Assembly: GCA_051362555.1 (NCBI GenBank)
Contig: CM120640.1
Span: 67,992,788 to 68,056,787 of the forward strand
Length of the DNA stretch: 64,000 bases
DNA from: Lingula anatina
Taxonomy: Eukaryota > Animalia > Brachiopoda
Direction: 5' to 3'
The stretch's first letter is position 1; the number at the start of each line of letters is the position of its first letter. Shown one piece after another: positions 25,937 to 40,400 of the stretch. The notes under the pieces are model-generated. The model searched no databases and was not told where the DNA came from. It saw only the letters and a program-made list of their open reading frames with translations. Both the position numbers and the translations under genes were made by a program.

Positions 25937-26969
25937 CATATCTTATTTTTATGAAAACAGTTATAAATATTAAATAGTTCATCTATTTTCATACCAGGTT
26001 TATAATTAAAAAATGAAATGGAAATAAATTCTTCTTTCATTTTATAAAAACTTGTTCAATTAACCAAAGTGTAAGTCTGAGAACGAGCCAATAGCCTTTA
26101 AATGCTGACATGACATTATAGTTTAACAGAACAATCCATTGAACCAAGTCTTACAATCACGATATTGTCAATATTCTGTTCAACACACAATAATAGTTTG
26201 TCTTTTATGATGCAAGTCTCATTATCATAAGTCATTAATCCCCAGGTGCCTGGAGGTGCCTATCCAAGTAAAACATTTACTTTTTTATGTTTGAAGTAAA
26301 TGTTCATTGTTCAACAGGCAGTTATAAAAGGTATTCCAAATTTCATCTATTTAGATGCTTTATACATATTGCCAGTCATTGATTTTTAAATTGATTATGA
26401 TCAAGGTCAGCCATGGGGAAAAAGCTGTCGAGGACTTACAAAATCAATATTATAAGTCAGGGATCTGACAGGGCTGTCAATAAATTAATATGTGAACCAA
26501 GTTTATACCATCGTATAACAAATATCTTTTACACAGTTTCAAAAGAAAAAAGTGATAACATCATGGAGAAAATATCTGCATCCCAGACTTCCACAGAAGT
26601 TCCTCTTACAAACTATCTCACTTAAAAATTCCATCCTTTACTTACTAGTAACCATGAGCATATAAACTGTATGGTGACATTTTCCATAATTTAACACTGT
26701 ACATACTAATTATCATAATTTCATTTAAATGATGAATGAATAATTATGAAAATCAATCAATACATTGTTGAATTTGAAATTTACATTTAGGTTCTGAATG
26801 TAAAAATAATTCCATGTATCACAAAAGAATTCACTTGTGACTTGTACATATCTTATGTGGGATTCTCTCCCAAGAAAAATATATTTCCTCACATCAACAA
26901 GTTTTAGTACATATACTGACTCTCTTTCTTTCAAGTTTTAAAAAAGCACATTCAGAACAGATTATTCCG

Positions 26970-27195
26970 AGACTTACTGATCCACTGGCTAAATATGGCT
27001 GACCACACTTAAAAGCAAAGCTGCCCTTATCCTAATGGTCTCCCCGCCTAGACATAGATTAAATCTCAGCTTTGAGGTTTAATTGCTAGGCCCCTGCAGG
27101 AATGGTGCATGCGAAGGCGGAGAGACCATTAGGATAATAAGCAGCTTTGCTTTTAAGTGGGGTCGGCCATATTTAGTCCGGGGATCAGTAGGTTG
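26970..27195. mobile_element. MITE distantly related to family A
   Basis: About 75-bp imperfect inverted arms (tactgatcc...ctaaatatggc...cacttaaaagcaaagctgc...cctaatggtctc). Shares ggcggagagac and gccatatttagtcc with family A. Confidence 0.7.
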
Positions 27196-27251
27196 GAGGA
27201 TCATCTGTGATGAATACGCTCAAACACCTTGTTTTCCAAAATTCCAATTAT

Positions 27252-27406
27252 CAGTGTTAGAAATTAAGGCTGGACCGTCTGCCCGAGGCTGACAACTTTT
27301 AGAACGGGCTGAGAAGTTTTCCCACCCGGCAGACATTCAGTCCAGCTACTTTTCAAGATTGTTGGACTTTCGGTCAGCAACTAATTTTCCTAAGAGGCAA
27401 ACACTG
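27252..27406. mobile_element. hAT MITE
   Basis: CAGTGTT...AACACTG termini with a perfect 8-bp TSD CCAATTAT (27244-27251 and 27407-27414). Confidence 0.88.
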
Positions 27407-28071
27407 CCAATTATGTAACTATTTTTATCTATGTCTCCATTATTCAAATAAATTACTTAGTTCAACAATTTAGTTGATGAGTTTTTGTTGTTTTAACAGG
27501 AAATTACCTCAAGCTAATTCAGGTGTGAACATCAAAGTGCAACATAAATTTATTTGAATTTTAAATAGTAGAGACAATGATCAAAGTCACCAATTAACTG
27601 AATTTAGAAAAACACTAAAAATCGAAGAGTTTACAGGTTTTAGTTTTGGGGGCATATGACATAAATGCCATGACTTCTGTCTGTAATAGCATGCTGGATT
27701 TAATTATTCTCTACAAAAAATAAAAATACACACTATACAGTCAGCTTGCTTAATCTGTTCTTGAATATTTGAAGTACTACTGTATATGTACAGTAGTGCT
27801 AAAGCATTAAGAAAATTCTCGTGCAGTTTTCAATCATATTTCATTAACTGAACCTAAAATACGTAATATGCATTACAGATCTGATATGAAAGGACGACTT
27901 GCCAACCATGAATGAATGAATGAATGAATGGGCAGCTATCGCCGATCGTCAGCCATTTTACCTTAGACAACTTACTAAATTGCATGTGGGTATTTACCGC
28001 TTGTTTACAATGTTGGACAACTCATTTCTCCACTAAATAAATAGTTTACTCATTTAAGATCGCGCACTTAC

Positions 28072-28216
28072 CTATAAGACAACCTGTCAGTTTCGCAAAA
28101 AAGTGACAGAAGTCTGCGAAAATTTGCAGAAATTCAGGGCCTTGCAGGAGAACCGAATCACAACCGAACTTGAGGAATATCTTTGGGGCATCAAATAGTC
28201 CCAGAATAAAACGCAT
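28072..28216 (-). other. Candidate first exon of the phosphatase gene (could add 50 aa in frame)
   Basis: Strong donor TAG|GTAAGT at 28071. The ATG at 28216 opens a frame (MRFILGLF...TGCLI) that is in phase with exon 24807-24777. The context is CpG-rich and promoter-like. Confidence 0.5.
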
Positions 28217-28379
28217 ATTTCATTATTTGACACGTATTTCATCCAAAAATAAACATGCTCGGTCTTTTTTAGTCTTGGTTTAGTGCTTCGTACAAAGGCG
28301 ATAGAAATACTCACTGAATTATATTTTTATCAATTGTCAATGGATGTCATTGCGGAAGATTCAAAACATTTGTGGTTGA

Positions 28380-28397
28380 TGACGTCACATGTAAACA
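28380..28397. promoter_or_regulatory. Perfect CRE (TGACGTCA) next to a Forkhead site (TGTAAACA), upstream of the phosphatase first exon
   Basis: TGACGTCA at 28380-28387 and TGTAAACA at 28390-28397. Function is inferred from position only. Confidence 0.45.
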
Positions 28398-29931
28398 AAC
28401 CTTGGGTACACATCCACGTTGCAGCATGCCAAATGGGATATGAAGCTTCGTTGTAACACCATGTCCCAGTGCAATGACATATTTTGAAGCTTATATCAGG
28501 TTATAAGCATCAATAAGTACCAGGTTTCGTTTTCAAGCACGTCACACATTAGGTGCAATTTGAATTAAGTTTGGTGCCAATAAATGTACGGGGAGGGGGG
28601 GGGGGGGTCAAACTGAATATTTATGTACCTGCAAGTGTCTTGCCCAAATATAAGGCATGTCTCATATTTGTTTTCTACCAATAATTGCCAAATATGTTTC
28701 TTCCGTTTAGAACCAATTGTTTTACCCGGCCATGTGTTTGCTTAGCATAAAGTACTTTTACATTTTTATCATTCTCATTACCATAAGGCATCCCCTCGTT
28801 TCTCACTTTTCATATTAATTGACTATTTTTTTAAATAGAAGTTTGAACGCTGAACAAGTTCAAAATTTGCTACATTTCATTCTTGTTTATCACTAGACGT
28901 ACCTATTTTTGCATGATAATATGAAGGGTGTTAATTATAAAGCTACATGTACAAGTATTTGGTGAACATAATTTTGCTAAAAGCATCTATGAGAAATAAA
29001 AATGCTAATAATAAGAAATAAATGACGTGCTCAATACAATTAGTAGGCCGAAAAAGGGTTATATACAGGCCTCATTGCTTAACATTAATAAGACAGAGTC
29101 TAAGTTTTTTCTTCTTTCTTTTTTCCTAATAGTCGGCCTGGGTACATGTACTGTAGTTACCATTCCCACTTATAGAACTGCATACCTGTCCAAAATATCT
29201 CAAAAAATTTAACATGTAAAATAAAGTAAGCTGGCGGTTGGACACATTTTGCTAAGGGGACTATTTTATGGCTTTAAAAAATCGTTATGTATCGACTGAA
29301 ATGTAAATTAAAACTCTGTTGGAGTTGAAAGTAGTCCAGAAGAGGTCATTTTTTTCTCTGGCAAAATAAGCGGCCCTTTTCTAGTCCTTCAACCCAGTCC
29401 CATCCCTGTCTCATACCATGGGGTGCGACGAAAACGGTGCAGGTGCTGAGAATAATCGGAATGGGAAACTTCGTTAGTAGTCTGTCATATTCAGGGTGTT
29501 AGCTGAATCCAGCCTTAATGTGAACAAGTCGTCACAATCTGTTTGTTTGAAAGACCACCTAATGCAATCGTAGAGTAAGTTCCATTTACAATACATCAAC
29601 ACGTTAACCCCGGTTATGTTCCGTGACAGTTATGAGTTACACTCACTAGAACACTCACCCTATTTATATCGGTAAAATGCAGCACTGTACAGGTTTTGAT
29701 TTCTGTTTAGAGAAAGCGCACGAAGGGAGTGTAGCGGAGAACCTCTTCATAAAGAGAGTTACAATAGAAGACCCTTGAATCAAATGTCTTTCTTGGCAGG
29801 TCAGGACTTCCAGAAGATGGCGAGTTTTTGGCTCCTGCTGCGAAGACATTTTTGGAAAATATGAGGTGATTCAAAGCCACATGTTTTGTTCCACAGATAA
29901 TTTTTTTCTGTCGACAGGCTTGTTGGTGAAA

Positions 29932-29946
29932 GCCCCCCCCCCCCCC

Positions 29947-29996
<50 letters not shown>
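29932..29996. repeat. Compound poly-C/(CA)n/(GA)n microsatellite
   Basis: Directly visible. Confidence 0.9.
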
Positions 29997-29999
<3 letters not shown>

Positions 30000-32900
30000 A
30001 TATTCATTATTAGCTTTTAAAAGACAATAACAGCCATTAGCGCAATCTTGTTAAAGGATTGTGGATGAAAATACAATAGTGAAATTTTTCCAATGGTTCT
30101 CAGGTATTTTAAATTTCTAGAACCTATTGACATCACCCCGTTCTTTTCAAACTTTGAATCATGCCTAAGGCAATTGGAGTCTTGTTCACCGTGGTGCGAC
30201 AACTCATTAGGTCAATCCCACAGTTGTAATTTCTAGGCCAGATTATCATAAGCTAAATTTTCTTGAACTTGTTTATTTAATTATTTTATTAATTTTTTTT
30301 TTTTTTTTTGGGGGGGGGGGAAATCACGTGAAACATATAGCACTGAGACATGTCTTGGTTGGAACCTTTGTTTCAGTTAGTCAAAATTACATCACGTTGT
30401 TCTCTCTTGCATTTGTATTCATCATGTCTGTTGCCCTTTATTCAAAATACATTTGTATATGTGATAAGCTAAGCTACCAGATGTCGCTTTGACCCGAATT
30501 CCATCGCGTGCAAGGTAGCATCTGTGGATCTCGCACATGCAGCCCCTGTCTGTTGACCCTGGAGTCATTGATAAATATCTTTACACCGTTAACGGCGTGC
30601 TGAAAAAATCAAGTCCTTTTTTTTCGGTACCAAAGGTGTAAAATTGAGTTTGAATTGCAATGCGTAACATGTAGTCAGTTGAGGAGGCTTCGGGTACAGG
30701 TTGGTGGATGTATGTCAATCAGAGAAATTATCAGGTACATGCAGAACAGTTTGTTCAAATCGCCCTAGCAGTCACTTGACCGGTCGCCTGTGCAGGTAGG
30801 CATACGTTTTTTTTTAATCTCATAGCTTTAAGTTAGTTCTTTTTAAAACCATACGGGTAACTCTGCCTTCTTACTGTTGCATTTTTATTTTTTTGTTACG
30901 TTAAACTTAGGCCCTATTAGCCCAAATCGTAGGTAGTGTTTGATTCTTTCGATGATATTTGGACCAACTTTGTGGAAGGATAGGTGTTGTATAGTGTCAT
31001 AAATGGCTAATGTACATAATATGAGTTGATTTTTAATGCTTCAGACATGAAAATTTCCTAAAGCACGCATTCTGTCTGCCAATGATAACTGAGGCTAACT
31101 TTCACATGGGTTTAACTTGTATACATACCATTTAACAATACGCATAGCGATGAATAGATGTCAATAAACGTTTTATATTCTATATTTGGTAGATCTGCAA
31201 AAATTACAAAAAAAAAATTATAATTGGTATCAATGTGGTATAATCAAACATATGACATTAAGTTCAGATTGATTAACCTCAATATTCGTATCTCCAGACT
31301 TCTAGACCCTATAGGGTACAGGGCACTCCATTCACAACTGCCTGTGCTGATATGATATATATCTAAATATGGCTTGAACAGACTTTGAACAAGGGTCCTA
31401 TTTATATTCTTCATTAATGTCAAACCTTAACGATAAAACGATATTGGAAAATGATTTGCGCGTTGCCATTTTAATGTATGACGACTGATCAGCCTGATAA
31501 TCAAGTGAAAACCATTTACTTCTTTCCACAGACCTTTTCGGATCTTTGAAGAAGGAGAAAAACGTGCACGTTCAGAAAACAGACTAAATTCTCTTTGACT
31601 AAAATGTAGGTGCAAAAATTGTTCCCCTGTAGGCTACTCCAGTCTGGATATTTGGGAAAGGAGAAAGGGGAAATGGTGCAATTTTGCGCCAACCATTCTT
31701 CGTACCGTACTGTTGTTTTTACTAATTGTTTCAGACGTTTTCCTTGTTTACTGTTAACCTAACAAGCTCCCCAAAAGGATGCTGTGTGTTGAAGGCGTCA
31801 CGTTTACCCATCTTAGGCTGTAGTTTGATTATACGCTCTTGATTTCGAAATTCTCTATTATTGAGCATTATCATAACTAGGGTGCTTAAATGAAGACAGG
31901 ATCGGCAGAAGGGATCAAACAGACAGCTTGAGAGATAACTAAGGTGACAAATGATGGACAAAATGAAAACAAACGATAAGAGAATTATATGGATTTGAAG
32001 AATAAATCAAATGACGAATTTCATTATTGCTGCATTGAACGAGATAATAAAAAGCAAAGAGCCTCGAAACCGTTTAAAAAAGATAAAAGAAGAAAGGGGA
32101 GAAGAAAAGGAAGGAATTCACACAATACAATAATTGTAAATATAAATGCAATGTAAGCTTTGAATACAGTCTATTGCCGAGTGTGAGAGATATTTCAGCT
32201 GACGCTGATAAGGATGGCTTGGCTGCGTGCTGTTTTGGCGGTTTGTCGCCTAGGTCGGTGTAGTTTGCTGTTATTGCAATAATGCATCAAAATTAAAAAC
32301 TAATATATATATGTATCTTATCAACTTGAGAAAACGCAGCACTATATTGGTTAGTGCTGTGTCAAAATGGTTTTGTTCTCTTTCTCTTAAAATGGGAAAA
32401 CATCATGTAACTTAAGGCTCTGCCAATACTTGCCAACACACCTGAAGTCAAATGACCCAAACACCTTCACCGACAGGGGTCGGCCACCGCGACGGTACAA
32501 CCATAATTTATGATTCCCATAATGATCAGTTTTTTTTTACGTGGTGCACATCCCAAATGATGGGGTTTTACCAATAAGAATGCCTTATAAGGACATTATT
32601 TTTCTTCCATAAAAATTGTCGACAGGCTAGTTTGAATAAGAGCATGTTATACGCAAAATATTTCGTATATAAGCTGCATATATACGGTGTTGCGTTTATT
32701 TCAAGTTCATCCTCTACACTGTTATCGCACATATCTTAAACACACACAACTAACGATGAGTTTGCGAGATTTTGATTGGACAACTCTCTGTATTGATGGA
32801 TGAGATGCATTTCATAAGAAAGAATCGGTTAGTAACAATAAAACGTACTCCAGGATTAAAACAGAAGAATTTCTCCCAAATCGTGTGGCCAGTACTTGAG

Positions 32901-35813
32901 TGACTGGAATTACGTTCATTTCTCAGGTCAGTGATCGGCGGGAGCTACCATCACATGCAGCAGCCCACTTAATTTTTTGCACATTTACACATATGGAATG
33001 CACAAAACAAACACATAGCGATAATTCAGTCCAATTTCAGTTTATTCTGGTCTGTTAGGCGGGGCTGAGATCTGTAAAACAGCACAAAGAAGTTCTGAGG
33101 AAGAAGAACGACTCGAGTCCAAAGGCTAGTCGGATATGTTGAATTTTTTGTACAATTGAAGTGCTTCGTGCTATACATACGTCTCTTGTTACATCACCGA
33201 CGGGCACTGCCTTCTTATCAGTCGGTAAACATTAGGTTTCAAGACAGTAAATATTTAAAGCAAAAGTTTGCATTTAACTTGTTTAAAACAACAGATGTAG
33301 AAACGTCTGACCGAATCTAGGCATTTGGATACAGTGTATTGGAATATAAAAATTAAACAACATCTTTTGAGACTTTTTTAAAGAAACTATTCCGGTACTG
33401 GTAATGTAAAGCCACTGCCATCGTGTCTGTGGTGTAGATCCTTATTTAATTCCACCGTCAGTTCAATTCTGGCGGACATTACAGCAATCTCACGACCAAG
33501 TAATTTTATCTTATGAACGAGTCTGCTGGACGATTGATTGAACAACCTGAACTGGCGCAGTAAAGATTAAGAAAGTGCGTGTATCAACAATTTCACGGGG
33601 AGCGTTGATCATGTCAGAATGATGAAGGAATCCAGAACGATTCAAATTTGCATTATTATGTCAAGGAAGTATTATCTTAACATTATTTGTGTCTGAATTC
33701 TTGAGAATATGCCAAATCGAACGCTGGAATAATAAGCGGCTCATGAGAAATGTATCTATCATTTTTTTTATAATGCGTTTCACTACTAGAGAGTCAGCGT
33801 CACTTGCAGCCGCGAGAAATTGTCTGACTGAAAAAAACGCAACTGCCCAAAGGAAGGTAATGGAATGATTAGACTCGGATTAGACTGTTATTCAGCAAAT
33901 TTTGCCAACCGCAAGTGTTATTTTTGTTACCCGCACGTAATGATACAAGTGCACAATTAAGTTTTTTCTTCAAGGCATCATTTCTTTTATTTCGAAGAAA
34001 GACGGGATGCAAAAAGCTGCATACTATACAAAGATTCAGGTGGATAATATAATGTTTTGCCATAGTTACGTGGGTGATCTTTTTTCACTGATTTATGGTC
34101 TTTTCTGACCCTAAAGACTCAAAAGAAGCAGAAGAACTCGTTTAACTTGTTTACATTCCTTCAGTACATTGTATGGAAAGTCGTCTCAATTATGGCTTTT
34201 GCTACATACTAACGATAAAAATTCGATCTTCTCCAATGTATGTAAATATTATTACAATTTTGAGAAAAGGAGTTGATAATCTCCCCCCACCCCGACCCCC
34301 ACCTCACCCATTCCGCTATGAAATATTAACCCAGGTTCATCTTTCAATCTGTTGCAAATGAATATCAATTGCCCCCCGTTAGCTTGTTCACACGTAGTCA
34401 TCGCCATGATGTAGTTTGGCACCTCATGCTGTCATGTTCTGTAACCGACAAATGGATAGAAATTCAAGGCAGACTCAGCTTTTGGAGGTGGAGGGATACT
34501 GTACACCGACTGTAAGCAATTTTTTTGCCCCCCCCCCTTTCAGCCACTTTGGCTTGGCTAAACTAGCGTGGCATCTTCAACAGTTGTCGGTTATAGACTT
34601 CGCTTCAACATTTGAACGGTCAGAAATAATATCCACACCAATGGGCAGTTATCGAAAGTTTCTTGTCAGATGTTGGCTGTGACGTGTGACGAATTCGCAC
34701 TCACTAATTACATGTAACTGCGGACTCTCACCGGGCACCTGTACTTTACAGCTAAAACATGTGCTGCCCACCTAACAGCTGACAAGTTACTTGCACACCC
34801 TTCTGTCCTCCCGTTGCTCGTTTAGAAATAAAGCTTCGCCTTTGCAGTTGAATTAGATATTTTTCTGTTTGCCTTCGAACAAAAAGTACTCAGAAATCCC
34901 AGGTCAACGCCAAGGTAAACTACATTTACAGCTCAATCACTTTTCCGTGCTTAATATATTACCTTGATGATTTATTATGGAAAACCCCATAAAATGGCAA
35001 CGCTATTGGCCAGTCTTATGAAGCTCGAAAAAGAAGTGTTTTTATTCCATATATAAATAGTTTCAAATACGGAATCGGTTTATTTAATGTTAATAAAGCG
35101 ACGTGTGAGATGCATACTGATTGTGTTCCATTTCGATGTGTTAGGTACATGTGGTAGTATGACTCCATTAGGTGAAGAACCCTTCAAATCCCATCTATTT
35201 GCATAATTCTGTGGCACTTTCTTTACTTTCCAGATTTTGCACCGGGATTTGTTGTCGCACGTTGAGTAATGATTTCCCCGCATGAATGAGAATAGGAGAA
35301 GGTAGGCATTTGGTAGGGGTTTTATCTTGGCGCACAACCCCGACTACCCACGCTACGGTGCACAAATATTTGCCAGTGTCAGTTTGTACGTAAGGCTGTG
35401 CATTGTCATTGTTGGGCGGGAGGAGCAGAGACGACGTAATGTTGTGAGCGGCTTGATCGATACAAATACCTTAAGGAATTGAATAGCAAATTCGATATCT
35501 TAGGTCCAGCGTTTTGAGCGCCTCGCTTTTATTGCAGTCGGATTAAACTATCGGAGCAGTGAAGGCATTCAATGGACTAAAAATAAAAAAGTAGCTACTG
35601 GAACAGAATGCGCTATAGGATATGAGGTGTGATTACTGCACGTTTTTTTACAAACAAATTTGACATCTATGCTGTGTAATGCAAAAATAATCGAAGTTGT
35701 TTGCCTTCACAATACAGGCTCTTTCTTGCGAAGGAAGTAATACTCCAAAGGAAGTAAATTATCTTTTTAGTCGTCGGCGAAGAAAAAGTGAAACCAGGAA
35801 CTGTGCTTTTACA

Positions 35814-37419
35814 ATGGCAAGAGGCGGGAGGATGGCCTCCTTTTTACAGTTCTGTCTACCTCATTTCGGGGTCAAAAGTATTTGGGCATTATTATTTTTA
35901 ACCCTGTCAATACCCCTTCTCGTGGAAAGTCGGCACTGCTCAAGAAGACCCGGTCAAAAATACTGGGACCAGTGCTGCGAGGGAAGAGACGATGAGTGTA
36001 CCTATCCCATAGCAGATACCGTGTGTTACTGCGATGCCTTCTGTAACAGAACTATCCACGACTGCTGTCCAGATTTCTGGGAATATTGCCGCGGGGAAAC
36101 CCGACCTCCAGAGTATACCACTCCCAGACCCATACAAGGTAAGGGGGCATCCATTTTTATCATCGTTTTCACAAGTTTACAAAGAATAGATTTTTTCAGA
36201 CCACCCTTCAGAGAGTACGCGTACAAGGTGAAAATCTAAAAAAAAAAGACCTTTGACAGTAATTTGGATCATCATTTTTACAAAAGCGTACAGAGGGCAT
36301 TAACCTCCCCCCCCTCACACACAGCGTACGGTTGGTAGACTTGTGAAAATGATGATAAAATGGATGAGTCCTATGTAGGAGGATCAGTGGTTTAATAATT
36401 TAACTATTTTAATTTTAATTTTTGGGTAGTGGCGATTTAACAATAAATTGAGATATAATAACGAAGGATTGTAAACTATTTAAAATAGTGCCAGCGTTTA
36501 ATTCGATATGCTGCCCGTCTAATCGCATCTCTCACCTGACACCCAGACTAAGATCTGTCCTGTTAAACGATCGAATGGTGATGATTTATTCATAGTATTC
36601 AGCAAATAATGCTCCGTCTTTATCTGGCAAGGTTTCTCCACTTTTTGTAAACGATACTTTTGTTTGTTTGACATAAGCCATACTATTGCCCTAGTCACGT
36701 AGGCCTAATGAGGGATTGCATACAAAATACGCTATAATACTCATGTTAGATAAACTAAAAATATTGGTTTCAGATTGGGCGACCCTTGTTAAAGCAAGTT
36801 TAGATATGTGTGCTTCAACTTGGGGTTATCGTTGATTACATATATAGGTCAATATTGACCCTCTAGGCCAAGGTGGCACGACTCCATCACGTTACGTCCC
36901 CACTTGCGTTTCACATTGCAGTCAACGTGAAGAATGATAAGTGCGGTATTAGACCCGCATCAAAGGCTTTATAATCGATTTATGTCCCGATTAAACAAAG
37001 TATTCCTCTTATCGAGGTACTGGTAAATTTTTCTAGGAGATGTTATAGGCGGTGCTGTTAAATTAATCGCTCGTCTATATAAATTGTTATACCTATTGAT
37101 TTTATTTGTGCTCGAAGATCTGTTAATTTTGCACTAATACCCATTTCCTTCTGCGATACCGTTTATGGAATTTAATAATTATTCAGAAAATTACAAACAG
37201 TTTATATGAAAGCCTCAATTCCAAGGATTCTTTAGTATCTTTACACTGCTTGCCTAATCTCCGGTCTCTTGAACAGTCTGAGTAGGCAAGTGTCTCGCTC
37301 TGTCTAACTTACGAACCTCTTGAGTGCTACTCACCGTTATCCTATATCCTGTTTTCTAAACGGTTGGGGAACACCCATTTCTGCTATTACTGTGTATATC
37401 GGTCTCTTTTCCCCTTTTT

Positions 37420-37455
<36 letters not shown>

Positions 37456-40400
37456 ATGATGACAATGTTGAGCTATAGTATTGTCCACGAAAGATGAAAA
37501 TAAATGAATGCAGAAGAGGGCCAGTATTAAAAACGCTATGTGTTATAGACTTAGGTAAATGAATGAATTAATTACTTATAACAAAGACAAAAATACATAG
37601 AAGATGAAAAACAAAAATAAAAAAGAAACAGATTAACTGAAGGTGCTCATTTTTTCAAACTTCTGTGGTTTTCGAAAAAAAATTGAAATGAAACTCTGAG
37701 AAGGCAATTTGCATTATTGCTGTCGTGCGCGTTAAAATATTCCGTTATATTCACCACACGTTAACCTAATAATCCCTGATTGAATGCTAGGTGTAAAGCA
37801 GTTTGTTCGCAGTCTTTGGTCCGTGTGCTGCTGGGAATGGTAAACTAGCGTGGCCTCGCCAGATGTTTAACTAAATGGAATGGCGATACCTGTTCTCTTC
37901 CCTATCGGTTTACAAAATGAATAAAGTGATTGGACACGCCATTAGGCTCGCATGATATCAACAACTGAAGTACCTGGCATTGACAAAAGATAATTTTACC
38001 TGTCTTAAAAGGAAGTAGAAACTTAGACAAAATTTTCTGTCACAGAATTTTTGAAGAATAGCAACAGATGTCTGAACAATGTTTTGGTGTGCGCCTCACT
38101 GTAAAGACGTTCAAAGAGGTTTCCTTTTGATAAACCAAGCTTTAAAGAGACTGCGTGGTGCCTTTGATATTGTATTATACCTATCACCGTAAGCGGATAT
38201 GCATGTATTTCATATATCAATATTTTAAATGATATATGTAATGGACGGTTTGTATGTTTGTAGAATAACATGAAAAAATGCATTAAAAAACTGCCTGTTT
38301 GCTTGATTATTTGCCCGGCCGTCTGTCTGTCTGACTGACTGACTTTCGAATAATCTGGCTAACTAACTAACTTGACCAAGTAACTGACTAACTGATTAAC
38401 TAACTGTTTGATTGTGTAATAAAAAACGAATTGAACAAGACAAAAAGGACTGGCATTTATAAGACAATATATATATTGAAAAAAAAAAAAAAAAACATCT
38501 TCGCAAGTAAGCCGAATTGGCAAATTTATCCAGTTCAGGAAAGTAGATGATGGCTCCCTGGCTGCCTATTAAAATTCTTTGCATGGGGATAGTTGACGAC
38601 CACCCGTAAAAAAAGGAGTCGAACGCTGGAAAAACGCCACCAATCGTATGTTTTTGTCATGTTGGAATTCAGAGAATACGCCTTTTCACCACCAGAATCC
38701 CAAACGCTATGGTAAAAGGCATCTGCAAGAAAGATATTGATATTGAAAAGGCTTCGAATTAAGGGTATTATATGAAGAACGCTATATTTTCTGTTCCCGC
38801 GTTTTGAATTCAGTATTGGGTATAAAAATGCCTTGTACGGATTAGCATTCCAAACGTGGTCGCATAAGAGAAGTTACATAACGTTATTGCCTCTTGTGTT
38901 CTAATTGACGTACAATGGACCAACTGTCAGTGTTTGGAGAAAACCCGCGTGCTTACCTTCCAGATTTATGAAAACCTAGTGATGCTGACTGAGCGAGGAA
39001 TCTTATTTTCCAAAGTCATACTGCGCTCCACACAGTTCCTGTAACCCAGAAAGCTGGACTGAAAATAGTTAACAAAAACAAAGTCACATTTGATAATTTA
39101 ATGTTTGACGGTTAAAATGTACTGAAATGTGTTTTGGGCGGAGATTTTTTTAAATTCAGCATTTTAACACAGGAGAAATTTCAATAAATGTAAATGTAGT
39201 GTAAGTGTAAATCTGATATTATAACAGATTGTAATCACAACTAGCATGGAAGACACCATAAAATGTGTTTACTGAATTCCCTGTGTATAAATCAATGGTT
39301 CAATAATTAAGACGACGGGGCTTGGCGACAGGTAGTGCGGTTCACAAGACACACGATGCAACACTGATTTATAGCCTCTTTTGTACTTTCAAACCGTAAG
39401 TTTGTTTCTCCAGATCATGACTGACCCTAGTGGGAATGTGCCCCCCCCCCCCCTCAAACCAGATATAAAACTGGAAAATTAAGAAAAAAATTATAGCATA
39501 TAAAAGACTGGTGAGGATATGAGGTGGGAATACCAGTGTTTTGTCCACGGCGCAGCCAGGGAAGGTTTATAGAAATTCCACTTCTTTATTTTCTAATATT
39601 TTGCAAACCGAGACCAGTTTTCAGCCGCATGTTCTATTAGCCTTGATATATTATAATCCAAAGTTGTTCTTATGCCCGTTATTGTTCCAGAATATATCTT
39701 TTAAGTCTTTTCTTGCAAAGAGTGTACAACTGTTTTTTATTATTGTCATATACTTGAAAAGCCGCCTCAAAGAAACCCTCTTTTGTGTTTTTGTTTTCAT
39801 TAATTTCGCGTGACAGCCTGAATTTGCCCTTGAAACCTATGTAACCCCACTCAATTGCGCCTGCCTACATGTAGTGCGTGAAATATCAAAAGATTCATGC
39901 TCTGCGAACAACTATAAGACTGCAAAAGAATGCCATTTGTCGCGTTGTACATCCTCATCAAAAGAAAAGGTTTTGAGATACCATACACCTGTTAGATTTG
40001 TTTTTTTTTAAATACAGCATAAACAAATTAATTGTCTGAAGTCGAACGTTTGTTTTTGTAGATGAACGAAGCGCTTATCTACAATGGCATGAATGCTGAA
40101 ATACCTGTATGAAATATGTGTTGGTTGTTCGTTCTCTGGCCAATGCCTTACCAAGTTTACGCCTTAACAGCAGACAATAAAACACTTAAAATCGGGGGAA
40201 AGATCGACAAAAACTAACGTCTGATCAGTTTTCTGTTGTAGTCAATCTCTTTCCAAACAGTTTAAAATATGAAAATTGATGCGTAAATGAAAGACGACAA
40301 AGCATACAAACATGTTGCTCTGCTTAAAGTAGCATTGCGCGTTTTTTTGGCAGTATAGAGAAGTGTTATGTAAACCTCGCAGTTAAACAAGATTGTGATT

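Noticed and set aside
35697-35813. N-terminal extension of the 180-aa TINAGL1 ORF in the track
   Set aside because: It starts at a non-ATG codon and crosses a likely acceptor (tttttag at 35770). The ATG at 35814 precedes the signal-peptide-like stretch.
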